NCBI RefSeq assembly: GCF_021869535.1
Contig: NW_026262690.1
Span: 103,602,001-103,666,000, forward strand
Length of the DNA: 64,000 nucleotides
Direction of reading: 5' to 3'
DNA from: Mytilus californianus
Taxonomy: Eukaryota
Every line of letters starts with the position of its first letter. Within the stretch, counting starts at the first letter, position 1. The position numbers and the translations under genes were made by a program. The notes below the pieces were generated by a model. It did not search any database and was not told where the DNA came from. It was given only the letters and a program-made list of their open reading frames with translations. Of the stretch, positions 49,294 to 62,262 are shown in pieces.

Positions 49294-49428
49294 TAGCTGA
49301 TGCATCCAGAACCTTTCTCTCTGTTTTCCCCTTTGATTTGAAATATCACCTTTCAAATAATTTAGGTCAACCAAAATTTGGACTCCCAAAGGAGAAAACA
49401 GAGAGAAAGGTTCTGGATGCATCAGCTA
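49294..49428. mobile_element. MITE with about 42-bp TIRs
   Basis: TAGCTGATGCATCCAGAACCTTTCTCTCTGTTTTC...GAAAACAGAGAGAAAGGTTCTGGATGCATCAGCTA; TA at both ends. Confidence 0.8.
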
Positions 49429-49647
49429 CGTACTCTTGAACCTGATGGACTTAATGAGAGAGATGAAAAATAGTTCTACCCAAAACCAAAGGAATAAATC
49501 CTGAACTTCATTCTATTTAACTAAAACAACTATTTATTTTTATTTAAGAATTGCTATGTACAATAAGCGGCAAAAATATTTTTCTAGACATTTAACATTG
49601 AGCTGCAAAAATTTCTCTACAGCCTCTAACTTTTACCTGGTTGGCTG

Positions 49648-49690
49648 CACGCGCCTGATGAAGCTAATTTGTTTAGCGAAATATTGCGTG
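49648..49690 (+). ncRNA. Hammerhead-like motif with incomplete stem III/cleavage site
   Basis: CTGATGA A GCTAA tttgt TTAGC GAAA, with CACGC/GCGTG flanking pairing. Confidence 0.5.
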
Positions 49691-49765
49691 AATAATATAA
49701 AATATAACAACTAATTTTATAACACTCATTAGTGTGTTAAAGTTACATTCTTAGGCACTTATAAC

Positions 49766-49810
<45 letters not shown>

Positions 49811-50154
49811 ACGTCTAAATTGAAAACAACGTTCAAACCTATGATTGCGTTGGATAAAAACTGCAATTTTTATACGTGTACATGTCAAACAAATTTCTTG
49901 GTAGAGGGGTCTAAATACAGCACAAACAACATTTTCCAAAAGACCAAAATAGTGAAAAAGTATATTTTAACAAAACGCATTTGACTAACAGGTCGAACAA
50001 CGGATGTTCTTAAACCCTGCTGACTGCCATTAGCGATTGCCAAATAAATTGATCACCAGTACAAAATGGATCTTAATATTAATTTAATACCAAACAGAAA
50101 ACAATAAACTTGTGGAAAAGATGGTATACCACAAACACGAGGTGCAATATATAT

Positions 50155-50733
50155 ATATAACTCGTCTAAACATCAGCCCAACAATGTTAGATCTGTAAAT
50201 TTGCTTTCGCAAATTTTTTGTTCTTCCCTCGCCGGGATTCGAACTCATGCTACTGAGATATCGTGACACCAAATCGCCTGCACTGTATCCGACGCGCTAG
50301 ACCACACGACTACCTATGCTTCACAAAAATAAAGCTTTCGGTGGCCGGGTGTTACCTTTCCTCGTCAGTTTTAATCTAGCGTCGTAATACAGTACATGAT
50401 ATATAAGGCATGAAGATGGAATTGTTTCAGATCAGCTGAAATATCTATTGTAAAGGATCCTACAAGTTAATGCAAGATACAGTCACAGAAATAATTATAT
50501 TTATAAGTACGTCTGAACCAGTGACAACCTTACAACAGATTTATCCATCGGATCACCAGCAGTGATGGTGATACATGGCTGTGTACATTCTGTATATACA
50601 ACTCGTCTAAACATCAGCCCAACAATGTTAGATCTGTAAATTTGCTTTCGCAAATTTTTTGTTCTTCCCTTGCCGGGATTCGAACTCATGCTACTGAGAT
50701 ATCGTGACACCAAATCGCCTGCACTGTATCCGA
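50155..50733 (-). mobile_element. tRNA-headed repeat, 441-bp period, about 1.3 units, flanked by (TA)n
   Basis: A box-like TGGTCTAGCG (50295-50304), B box GTTCGAATC (50236-50244), hairpin AAATTTGC-GAAA-GCAAATTT; 50161-50290 repeated at 50602-50731; fragment at about 30945-30992. Confidence 0.75.
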
Positions 50734-50972
50734 TATATATATATATATATACTTGCAAGGAAAAATAACTAAGAGTCCCCTGTCCTCAGCTCTAAAGACT
50801 GTTTCATAAAGGAACCTGTTTTTTTCACTAGGTTTATATTTGAAGAATTTAGCAGGACTACCAGTTTTTCAATATCAGACAGATTTGAAAATAGAGGATT
50901 ATCTATTGCGACGTCATTAAAAAGTTTAAAACGTAATATTTTATTATTTTGATAGTAGAGGAGAAAGTGGTT

Positions 50973-51293
50973 TTAAACTACTATGGTTTTACAAGTTAGA
51001 CATGTTCTTTGGTTTTGATGTATATTCAGATATCGGCCCTTTTCTATAAGTAAATTATGGTCACTTATTTTAATTTTTGTAAATAAACGTCTAGTTTCAA
51101 AATTTGGATATTTAAGATAAAATTCTTGGTCTTGGTTTACTTTAATGCTTTTATAACGAAAAAGTTTGTTATTTTCGTTTAAACTATTTATTTTATTTTC
51201 CAGTAATTCTGAGTAAAAGTTGCTTGAAATATTCTTAATCCAAGTCTTAATGATTCTCATAGGATTGCGTGTCGCCTTTTGTGTTTTATTCAA
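50973..51293 (-). mobile_element. LINE ORF2 C-terminal fragment (L2/CR1-group-like zinc knuckle region)
   Basis: RRLFTKIKISDHNLLIEKGRY...QRTCLTCK, typical of the post-RT R-C-x2-C region of non-LTR elements. Confidence 0.7.
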
Positions 51294-52570
51294 AAGTACT
51301 GCGTTTTTTCTTTAACTTAGTGCACAGTATTATCAAGGAAGTTGAATAATTTTGACAGACATAATTTTTTTTCTGATTTGTTCCACCTTTTGAAAGTACA
51401 CCAGATTTTTCATAGATTTTGAAGTAGAATTACGCTTAATTGCATTCACGATCCAATACCAGATCTTTCACGATCCGATCGCACTGCTTGACCATTTCAC
51501 GATCATTTCTCTCATTTATCTTTGTTTGAGGCTCATACATAATTTCATTTTAATGCATACTCAAATTATGTTTCAGTTTTAGAATAACAAGTGTTACTAA
51601 TGAAACATATTTCGTTAAAAAATATCTGTTGTTTTGAATATTACTTTTGCTTTGGTTTTATCTGCTTTTTATTTTAATGGCATATCCAAATTGTATTGTG
51701 TAAAGTAATTACTGTAAACAGGCTACCATTTCTTTATGCTTTTATTCATTTCACAGCCCGTCTTTTTAATTCAAACATATTATTAACTTAAGATTTTAAC
51801 CAAGCTGTTTGCAACAAAAAGAAGTAATACTACTTCTTTGGGTTTCGGGTTTTGGGTTTTAATGATTTTTAACTTCGTTAATGATTTGGTCTTCCAACTA
51901 TTTTTATCATGGCAAGAGCTACTGATGAGTGTGTTATGTAGACGAACTACGCTTCATGACGTTTTTTCAATTTGTTTACTTTCAATAAGATAAAATTCTC
52001 ACGATCATTAACTTTCTCTACATTTTGTTAAATGTTGCGCGTTTCTGTTTTAAAAAGGTTTGACTGGTTGACGTCATTCAATTTATCTATGTTCGTGTTT
52101 CTTGATTTGTTAGCCTTCTTTGTGATATTTTTTTCTTAATTCTTATTTAATTCTAAAGTTAACTACATTTAACAACAGATGTATGGATGTATGATTCCAA
52201 CTGTAGGAATCTGACCAAAAAGTATTCTGTGCCCAGCATTTTACGTTTATATTCATAAGAAAGCAACAAGTTTAAGATTTGTTTTTTTTTTCTTTCTCTT
52301 TGGCGTAATAGAACCCATTGATAAACGATTGGTTTTTCAATCAGTTATTTTTTTTTTAGAAAATTACTATACTTTGTTAATTTATAGCTTGGACACAATC
52401 TCATTAAAATCAGTATAATGATATTGGTTTTGGACCAATACTAATATGTTTCTTTTGTTTTATTGCTTTGGAATTCTGCACAGTTTGCTCTTGGCATTGC
52501 ACAAGGTCGTGTCTTCTTGGGCTGTTTACGACGTCGCTGTATGAAATCTTCTATAAAGTACAATGTTTAA

Positions 52571-53159
52571 GGGCATACGTAACAGTTTTGATCCCACGGT
52601 GATTTTTTTACGAAAATTTGCATACAAGCTATTTTTCACCTAGTCAATGCAAATATGTAATAAAAAATATACCTTCATGTGCTACTTTAAGAGATAAATG
52701 GGGTCGAAATTTTAGACATTTACTCAAAATTTCGTTTTTTGGAACATTTCTATCCTTTGGATAGACATACCTAACTTTTTTGTAAAAACATTTGGAAATT
52801 CTCTTTTACATAAGTATGCTCTAAATTTATATAACAATTCTTTGGTAATAATTTATTTTTATCAAAGTTTCAGGATTTTAGGAAAAAAACGGAATTTTTT
52901 GCTGTATACTTATCTAATTTTAAAAAATCCCATCGGTGACTTTTTCATAAAAATTGGTACAAATAATCTTCATACGTAATCAATTCTAATGTCATTTTAA
53001 GAAAGAGGCGCCCATGAACTCGTTTTCAAGTTATATCAGTCTGAATGATAAAAATAAGTCGAAAAATGCATCTTTTCCCGATATGTCGGAGTTTGACGTC
53101 GCGAAAAAGTAACATTTTACATTGACAACGTCATTACCTCCCCTGTGTATCGTATGCCC
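52571..53159. mobile_element. Non-autonomous TIR element with TTAA TSD (Kolobok-like)
   Basis: TTAA|GGGCATACG ... CGTATGCCC|TTAA; purine-purine termini with TTAA fit Kolobok better than piggyBac (CC termini). Confidence 0.75.
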
Positions 53160-53163
53160 TTAA

Positions 53164-54030
53164 GTGTAGGACGGCATGATTTACAGTAATGGATATTAGA
53201 GTGTAGGACGGCATGATTTACAGTAATCGATATTAGAGGGTAGGAAGGTACGGTTTACAGTAATATCGATATTAGAGAGTAGGACGCATGGTTTACAGTA
53301 ATCGATATTAGAGAGTAGGACGTCATGGCTTACAGTAGTCGATATAAGAGTAATCGATATTAGAAAGTAGGACGGCATGGTTTACAGTAATCGATATCAA
53401 AGTATAGGAAGTCATGATTTACAGTAATCGCTATTAGAGAGAAGGACGGCATGGTTTACCTTGATTTATATTAGAGAGTAAGGCGGCATGGTTTACAGTA
53501 ATCGATATTAGAGAGTAGATCGGCATGGTTTACAGTTACAGACATTAGAGTGTAGGGCGACTTGATTTACATGTAGTAATCGATATAGGAGAGTAGGTAG
53601 GACGGCATGGTTTACAGTAATCGATATTAGAGAGTAGGACGGCATGGTTTACAGTAATCGATATAAGAGTGTAGGACGGCATGATATACAGTAATCATGG
53701 GCGGATTCAGGCGGTGGTGTGGCGGGCGTGCGCCCCTCCCCCTTAAAATTTGCAAGGCATGGGTTGTCTTCAGCTTAATAAAGAATATTTCGATATGTTT
53801 CCCTCAAAAACATTTTCGCCTCGATCCACTCGGCGAAAATTTAAGTTTGTGCCCCCCCCCCCCCCTTTTATCCTTATAACCTAACATCCTGGACCCGCCC
53901 CTGGTAATCGATATTAGAGAGTAGGGCGGCATAATCGATATTAGAGGGTAGGAAGGTATGATTTACAGTAATATCGATATAAGAGTGAAGGGCGGCAGGG
54001 TATGCAGTAATCGATATAAGAGAGTATGAC
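53164..54030. repeat. About 36-bp minisatellite
   Basis: Unit about TTACAGTAATCGATATTAGAGAGTAGGACGGCATGGT, more than 15 degenerate copies. Confidence 0.9.
53696..53903. mobile_element. MITE inserted in a minisatellite, 5-bp TSD GTAAT
   Basis: TIR CATGGGCGGATTCAGG / CCTGGACCCGCCCCTG; GTAAT at 53691-53695 and 53904-53908. Related termini at about 56704 and 59783. Confidence 0.8.
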
Positions 54031-57000
54031 AGCATGATTCATTTTCTCAGAAGGTTAAGTATTTTGATCTTGATTCCAATAACTGCAATCGAGAATTTCT
54101 GTATACGTTATAATATTATATGTTATATCGTTTGCTACTGACTGCCTACGGATCCATGGAGGGTGAGGCCAAATGATTGAAATGTTTATTCTGTTATTGG
54201 CAAAGTTCGAAATTACATCTGTTTTGTTTGGGTTTTTTTTTCTCTAAGAACAATGTTAACCAAGGACAGAACCTGATACTATTAGTTAGAAAGTATAATT
54301 TGAGGTCTTGAAATACAGCTCCAGTCCGGGAACACAGCCTATAAATGTATTTTTTTAAAAACTGTTTTCCAAGAAAAAACATGTGTGTGCTTGATGAAAC
54401 TGTAAGCAAAGAGTTAACCAATTATTGGCGAGACTTTAATAGACGTTAAAAGGGTAGAAGATACCAAGGGGTAATCAAAAATCATAAATCGAAGGAAAAA
54501 AGACAACACCATGGCTTTAAGAAAACTACAGAAGACTAACAATGGTAAAAAAAAAACCTGACAGACAACTTAAGATTGAGCAACACGAATATCAATCAGT
54601 GCATATCCAACGGATTTACTGTTAAGTCGTCGTAAACAGTCTGAGAAACATATGACCTTGTGCAATGCCAAAACATAAGTAAACAGTATCGACAGTAAGT
54701 AGGATCATGGGTTCTCATAACTTTAAACTGTATATTTAATTATGTTTTAATTTTTCAAAAACAAAATCAATGTCAGTACCGATAAAAAAAACAATATTTA
54801 AAGATTTTACTACTGTGTTAAATTGATTACCTTTAGAAATAGGTTAATTCAAAGGATCCATGAGTTTACGTGGATCATATCTAAAATTACGGGCTCTATA
54901 AACAACATCACCGTAAAAAAACAGGATAAGATGTCCCGTTTTTAGTAATAATTCTACAGTTCAGTCATACTTCCTAACCAAATCTTTGTATCTATAAAGG
55001 AAAATTGGTAACAGTTTTAATTATACCAGATTTATATCTTTCTTTTTATAACTGATTATATGCGTTTTCACGGTTAATGTTTCCCTCTTGTTATAATAAG
55101 TTCCGAATACAATATACTTTTGCTTGTTTTTTTTATTATAATAAGTTCCGTATATATACTTTTGCTTGTTTTTTTTTAATTTTTATTTATTGATGTGTAT
55201 GTGTTATTCTCTATCTCATAACTATTCGCTCTTCAACTTCAAAAACAGTTTTAATTTATGGCCACTAAATACTCAATGCATGAATGTCAATGTACTATCA
55301 AACATTACCGAAATATATTATCTCTTATATTAAATCAAAGCTTTTCAGATAATTTAAATTCTTGAAAGGTTTCGTATTTACATTCCATAAAACTTATTAA
55401 ATGTAATAATAAAAAAATTCGAGTTTTTGAGCAAGTGCCAAGCCTTAAATTGAACATTAAAAGGACATGTCGGTACATAATGCACAATAAATACATACTT
55501 ATGAAAAGAAATATTAAATATTGAACTGGAAAGGCATCTAGCCACATTCCTAAACTTATTCAAGTAGTGGTTGTATTGTTGTAAAATTGCCAAAGGACCT
55601 GATTTGATTTATAGTTTTAACCTTCAAAATAGTATGTGAATTCATCCATACTATCCTTTTATTGTATGTGAAAACAACCAAATTCCACAGACATTTTATT
55701 TAGTGTTACGACAAATAAGGGTTTTGACCAGGTAATAAAAACTTACTATTATTGATAAGGGGTAAGGTATAGCTTAATAGCTTTGTTGGATAGAAGAAAA
55801 ATTGTGTAATATCTTACAATGCTTTTGCGTGTTTAAAATATTTTATTTCAATGTCTTCATGGGCTTGAATAAATAAATATTGATACCATTTTCTTCAGAA
55901 TTTTCTTCAGAAGAAATTTATATGAAGAATAAACAAATAAAAGTCTGATTATCAGTGTTGATGTAGTTGTGTATTCATTATCATAGCGCAAGTCGTTGGA
56001 ATGCAAAATATGCTATGAGTTATTTATAACAATCATTCAGACTATACGTACAGAAAAAAAATCTCATATTTAATGAAAACTGCTCTTTGCGTAAGTGCTG
56101 AACGTAACTAAGGAATTTTAATACTGAATTTCGATATTATCTTTGAGGAGGTTACAAGTATATCATATACAGGAAGATGTCCATTTCATAATTAACTTTT
56201 AAAGGATATACTACTTAAAATTCTTGAGTATAGAAGTGTGTCGGGAAATAGAAAAGGAAAAGGGGATTGATTTAAGTATGATGGCATTTGAGAGACAAGA
56301 TAATACCCCGACGTATGTTAACTTTCAAATCCGTAAAGGTAGGGATTTCTAATTTATCTAATTACATTTTGTTTTTATTTTGAATAATTATGTGTATTGT
56401 ACATGTTGTAATTAATTACATTTGTTTATCTATGTTACTACTATTCTATTAATATCAATTCCGTTTTTTGTTTTGTTTTGATAATTATTTTTCTCATTAA
56501 TTGCATTCGATATTGTATAACTATTGATAAAGTTTATTCGATTTGCAATATTAAAAAAAAATACCCACAACATTAGAATACTCGAAAGAGTCAATTTCAG
56601 TTTTCATTTTGGACCTTTCTTTAGCTTCACCAAATAAGTTGCTTGATGGCACTACCATATCAAAGTCAGACTGCAGTAAACTGCATCATCTTTGTTAGAA
56701 TTTTAAGGGGTGGATTCAGGGAATGAAGCGGACGTACTGATCAAAACTCCCCTTATCCCTTTTCCTAATTGAAAAAAAGTGAAGAACATTTGATTTTCTT
56801 TTGATTTATAATTTGAAGTGACAAATTTTGCTTAACTAAACCAGGTGTGATTTTCCTTTATTTCTAGTAAAATACCTATAAATTTGAAACGACATTTTTT
56901 CTCATATATATACGCTTGCAGAACGGACATATTGAAATGGTACCCTTTGAAAAGAAATTGGAAAAATGTGTTTCAAAAATGTGCTTGAAGATATTTCTTT

Positions 57001-58189
57001 ATTCTGCTAAACAAAAAGACGAAACAGCTAGAAATTGATTCAGTAGATTTATTTTTATGAATAAAGGACTGTTTTTTTTTAATACAGAACTTGCTTATCG
57101 AAATTCGTTTCTTTAGGGGTACAGTTGCAAAGCTGTTAGAAAAGGCTTGGAGTAATACATTCTTAATACTTATCCATATTACAAAGTATGTTGTGATCGA
57201 TGAGGAGGTTAAGGGATCGACATAGAACGGGTTCCGTAGTTATTTTAACACAAATAATTGTTTAATTAAACAAAATGAAATGATGTGACCAGAAAAGGGA
57301 AACTATAAATTTGTAAAACCTTATAAATTTGTTATTAAATGTTTACTAATGACAAATCAAAATTAATGTTGCCTTATGCATGTTACAAGAAATATTGTGG
57401 TTTGTGTGACAACGTGTTTGTATAAAGTTTTCAAATATATTCAAACAAAGTCTGCATCTTATATTCCGAAATAATTTTAAAACCTTATTGTATTAGATAT
57501 ATAAAAATATTGTAAAATAATAGAATTTATCGACTCATTGGACAGGATAAATTGTTGTTAATATATATAAAAAAAAATCACGTGTTAAAAAGTCCAAGAC
57601 TGACGGGTTCCAGAAACGAAGGGTGTCTCCTTTTCGGTAAGAATAAAATTGGTAAAAAAATATGCACAATTAATAATAAATAAAAAAGGGACCCAAACGT
57701 TAGAAAATAATTCGTTCGGACTTTTAAACTGCCGGTTTTACAATGTTTGTGTCTATTAAAACTAAGATCATCTGATCAAAATCCAAACTAGAAATTTTTT
57801 GGTTTCGGATTGGACAAATTATTACATGCAACTTTGATTGATCATTCTAAATATAGCTATCAATCGTTTTATTTTTGTGTATTTATATATGTAATAGTTC
57901 AGTTCAGTTAATCAAAATGGACATTCTAATTAGTTTTAAAATTTTATTTGTCTCGTCTTTAGTGAGAAGAAAAATCACTTTACCAGAGCGGGAATTTTAC
58001 ACCGTGATCTGTACGGATTGGAATCTGCTCTTTCCAGAATTGTCTTACTTACTCAAACAAGTTTATAATTAATAATAAGTATTACATATTTTTTTATAAA
58101 TCTTTCATGGGCCAAGTGGATAAAGTGATTATTTTATAATTTTAATAATTTTATTAGATAACGGTTCTCAAATTGACAATCACGCATTT

Positions 58190-58645
58190 TGCCATTCCAA
58201 TGATTGACATTTGTCATTTACTTCCTAAGTTTACAATCAGGTCGTAACCTAATATGGAATAAAACAAAATTGTAGAAATATTTTGTCCTACTTCAATAAT
58301 TTTATCTCTAAGGCACGTTATCAGTGGAATGCAAGGCATCCCATATTGGAATAAATTAAATGCTTCAGTGACTTACACACATTTCCCATGATTCCGTGTT
58401 ACGTCTGACAAAAAGATGTCCGAAGGTATGTTTACGTTCTAGTACTTCTACATTCTTTACTATTTTGTACGATTTGCGTTTAAATTATCGGTTTAATTAT
58501 GAATTTATATCACAACTGTAAGTATTGAATTAGATATTGACTAAGATTGTCAGTGCAATTCTTTGTCAAATCTGAAAATGATCGTGAATTCCTGGGATGT
58601 CCCGATAGACTCGCGGGCACCTGCTATATAATTTAAGGAATGTAA
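58190..58645 (+). promoter_or_regulatory. CArG box plus three MCAT (TEAD-type) motifs at the angiomotin 5' end
   Basis: CCTAATATGG 58248-58257 (CC-W6-GG); CATTCCA 58193-58199; TGGAATG 58325-58331; AGGAATGT 58636-58643. Motif match only. Confidence 0.45.
58416..58425 (+). CDS. AMOT: Angiomotin, candidate first coding micro-exon (MSE)
   Basis: AAG ATG TCC GAA G|GTATGT strong donor; phase 1 matches the exon at 61019. Unverifiable without transcripts; an internal ATG in the next exon is an alternative start. Confidence 0.45.
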
Positions 58646-61018
58646 CGGTAAACGTGTTTTTGGATGTCGGATAGGTCACATGGGACAAGACAATGATTGT
58701 TCCAACACTTTAATTTCCTTTGATTTTATTTATTTATCGCAATCACACGAATGGTTTATTTTAATATTGTAGAAATGTGTACATACACGAAATTTTGTAG
58801 TTCCCTAAATTAGTGGCTTTCCCCAGAGATAATACAATTATATGTTTCTGCTATCCCTAAGTAAAATAAGGGAAAGTGTTCTTTTCTTTTTTTTTTTTTA
58901 TGTATACTTCATTATTGTTTTATGTTGTAGTTTAAATAATGTCATAGTGTAATATGCTCTTTGTGAGCCCATTTAATGGAAATAAAACATCTTCTGTTTA
59001 CTGTAATATAATTTTATCCATTGTGTATACATTTTTGTGTTGTTCATATGCCTTCAAACCCTTGGGGTATAAATGTGCATTTTTTCTTCAGTAAATAAAT
59101 GAATAAATAATTATCCAGTTCAAGTCTAGATGTGTGCCTACATGTATTAATTAAATCAAGAACGTTGGAATTTAAGCAAAATACTATGTACATGCATATT
59201 TATCAGGGTAAAGTCATGATGACTTCTTTTTAAATGCATTCAAGAAAGAGATATTGATCTCTTGAATATTTGTTTCATTGGTATGTTTGTCCTAGCTCAT
59301 CTTTTTTTTTTTTCGTACATACATTTGTACATCTCCAAAGGTTGATGGCATATATTATCTAGAAATTTTGAGGAAAACCCTGAAATAAGATGTGAATTAC
59401 ATATGTACATTGTACAGTAGATGCAAAATATAAACCTGTTTCAGCCACTTTCCTGTCAGAGTTATTCGTAATGAAGCAAATCTAAATTTACTATTTTAAA
59501 AGTCTATTAGACAATATGTTATACATGTATCTTACCATGAATTATTTTCTAGGGACAACATAATACAGAATGCACTTTCAGTCTTACAGAAATTTATTTT
59601 AAACAAGAAATTAAACTAAAATATCTACATGTATCTTTTTAAGTGTCAATCATGAACTTAATTAAAAAAATAAATCGCTGATCAAGTCAAATAATTTTTT
59701 ATAAATTTTGAATCATGCTGTCTCCTGTTAAAGGCAATTTCCAACGAATATATGTAGATTAAAATTTGAAATAATCATATGCAGGGGCAGATCCAGGATG
59801 TTTGAAAGGGGGGACATGATTCCATAGAAGTGACGAAATGATAAGTAACGACAGGTCATATAGTGATGGTGGAATGAACAGAATTTTTCAGTGTTATCAG
59901 TGTAAACTGCCATGTACTACAAAACATCTAAAACTTTGGCTAAAACCACCATATGATATATTGCAAGTTTTAAATCCAATAGTTACAAATGTATTTCTAC
60001 AGTGTAGATTCCTTGTAGCATTACAATTAAGAACTTGAGGCAGAATCAAACCAATTTACAATAGCAAAATTATTTGACAGAACAAATTGATGGTTATTCC
60101 TGGTCAGATTAAACTGTTTATATTCAATTTTTGATTGATAATTTGTTTATACTGTAAATGAACATGTACATTCATGATGTTTAAGGAGTATGGGTTATTT
60201 TCAGATCAAACAGCTAAAAATTTAAGTTCTTTATAAGTTATAATTCCACAGAGTCTGATAGAAGAAATTATTTTCAAAGAGAAATAATGGCTTTGAGTGA
60301 TTGACCTTGTTTCAATAATGACCAGGGGAAATAATTGTAAATTTTTGTTGAAACTTTGTAGCCTCTCTCTATGTTTGTGGAAGACATGACAGGAATACAT
60401 ATTACAAACATTTGAGAACTGTTAGGTTTAAACCCAGAAAACAGTTCTATGAATATAAATGTATAGTACATGTATGTACATGTATAAGATGTACAAATAA
60501 ATGTAGTTTTATAAGTAGTTAAGAAAATGTGTTTTCCTGTTTTTGCTGTAACTTTTGACATTTGATTTTTGTAATATTTCCTGTTCTTCATGAATTGAGA
60601 TAAAGTTATATTTTTAATGACAAAAAAAGTGCATTTGAAACTCATTAAATTAATAAATGGTTTTCATGAAGGCATCATGATCATTTTTCTTCATGAAACC
60701 AGAAATATGCTGAGATGGGTTGATGTTCATTAGGATAACAGACACAACAGACTTATATAATCTAAACATTCCAAGCAATAAATATTTTCTTGTATGATTC
60801 ATACATATTTATTAGAGATTGAAACACAGCCAAAAATTCAATCACTTATGAAATTCATTACAGATTTATGACCTAGCCAATTACTATGTTACTAATTATG
60901 ATAGAATTTCACACTTCAATTGACAAAATATAATCACAAAAAGATTTAAATTGTTATGTTTTGTTAATCACATGACATGGTTTTTAAATACACACATGTT
61001 CATACTGTTTGTTTGTAG

Positions 61019-61156
61019 AATTAGCCAAAGGAGATATGTTGAGAGGAGATTATATTTACACAGAACAAGAACCGAGAACCATGCAGCAACAGACACAATA
61101 CAGGGACCCTCCTCCTTACCCAGGACATTCTAAACAAATGTATAACCAACAAGCAG
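61019..61156 (+). CDS. AMOT: Angiomotin exon with PPPY motif
   Basis: ttgtag|AA acceptor; ELAKGDMLRGDYIYTEQEPRTMQQQTQYRDPPPYPGHSKQMYNQQA; G|GTGTG donor; phase 1-1. Confidence 0.8.
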
Positions 61157-61580
61157 GTGTGTAATTTTAATAAGATAAAAATTAATATAATTATGTGTAG
61201 ATGGAAGTTAGTAATTTTTTCGACTTGAATTTTAGATCTGCAGACATGTTACAGGCATGTGTGATTCACCTTGACACAAATATTAATCAGTATATTTAGT
61301 GCATATATGTAATCTTAAAATAGATCATTATGAATGTTAGTTAAATTACTGATGTATGAAATTTCTCAAATTTAGTAAGATGAGCGAAGTTTTTTAAGAT
61401 TATTATCTTTCTCTTTGTTTTTTGTTGTCTATCTTTCGAGGAATATATAACTACATGTTTTTAGCATTCTTAATTTAATTATGTAATTCATATAGAGGTG
61501 GTCTTACTATATCTTAACGCAAGTTTTAACGTTTTACTTAAGGAATATTATAACAGCAGTGCAAATATTGTGTATTTCAG

Positions 61581-62262
61581 GTTTGAGACAAAGTTTTTCA
61601 GGAAGTGAAACTAGTACAGATGTATCTGTGTCTTCTATGGAAAATTTATCAACAACACAGAGACAAGAACCACAAGGGGAGGAAACACAAACTCCTACAC
61701 AACAAACTTATCATCAGCCTGAATTTAGTGAGATGGGTTATAGTATATTAGAAAGACTTGGGATGCCAAAGACTGCAATGGACTTTATTCCGACTACAAA
61801 TCAGCCATATTATAATATGTCAGGACATCCACAACACTGTATTCCGTACCCAACAGATCCTAACGGATATCTAAACTGTCCGTCATGTTCGGTTTCACAA
61901 TGGCAAACAAATCCAAGTACATATAGTGGAATTTGTACAGGAATCAAACATTCGTCAGTTAGTAGTGAAAATGTGACGACTTTTTCGAATGCTCCTATTT
62001 ATTCTAGTCCTAGCTGGAATATAGAACATTCTCCTAATCAACTTCAGTCGAGTTACTTTGTAAATTTACCTCCTCCTCCGGAGTACCCTGGTACAAAAGC
62101 TAATGAACTCCGAAGGTCATATGAAACTGTAGAAAGAACAGATATGACAACATGTCGATCGCAGCCAGATCTGTCTCGATACATGGAAGCTCATAATAAA
62201 CAAAGTCACCATGGAAGTGGACATTTAAGTGTTGAACGTGGACACAACGACTTTGGATCAAG
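61581..62262 (+). CDS. AMOT: Angiomotin exon with RQEPQG and PPEY motifs
   Basis: tttcag|GT acceptor; contains RQEPQGEE, LPPPPEYP and RSQPDL; AG|GTACAA phase-2 donor. Confidence 0.88.

Noticed and set aside
53164-54030. 36-bp repeats resembling a CRISPR array
   Set aside because: Units are contiguous with no unique spacers, there are no cas genes, and the context is eukaryotic; it is a minisatellite.
58341-58349. Second CArG box (CCATATTGG)
   Set aside because: Only five A/T bases between CC and GG.
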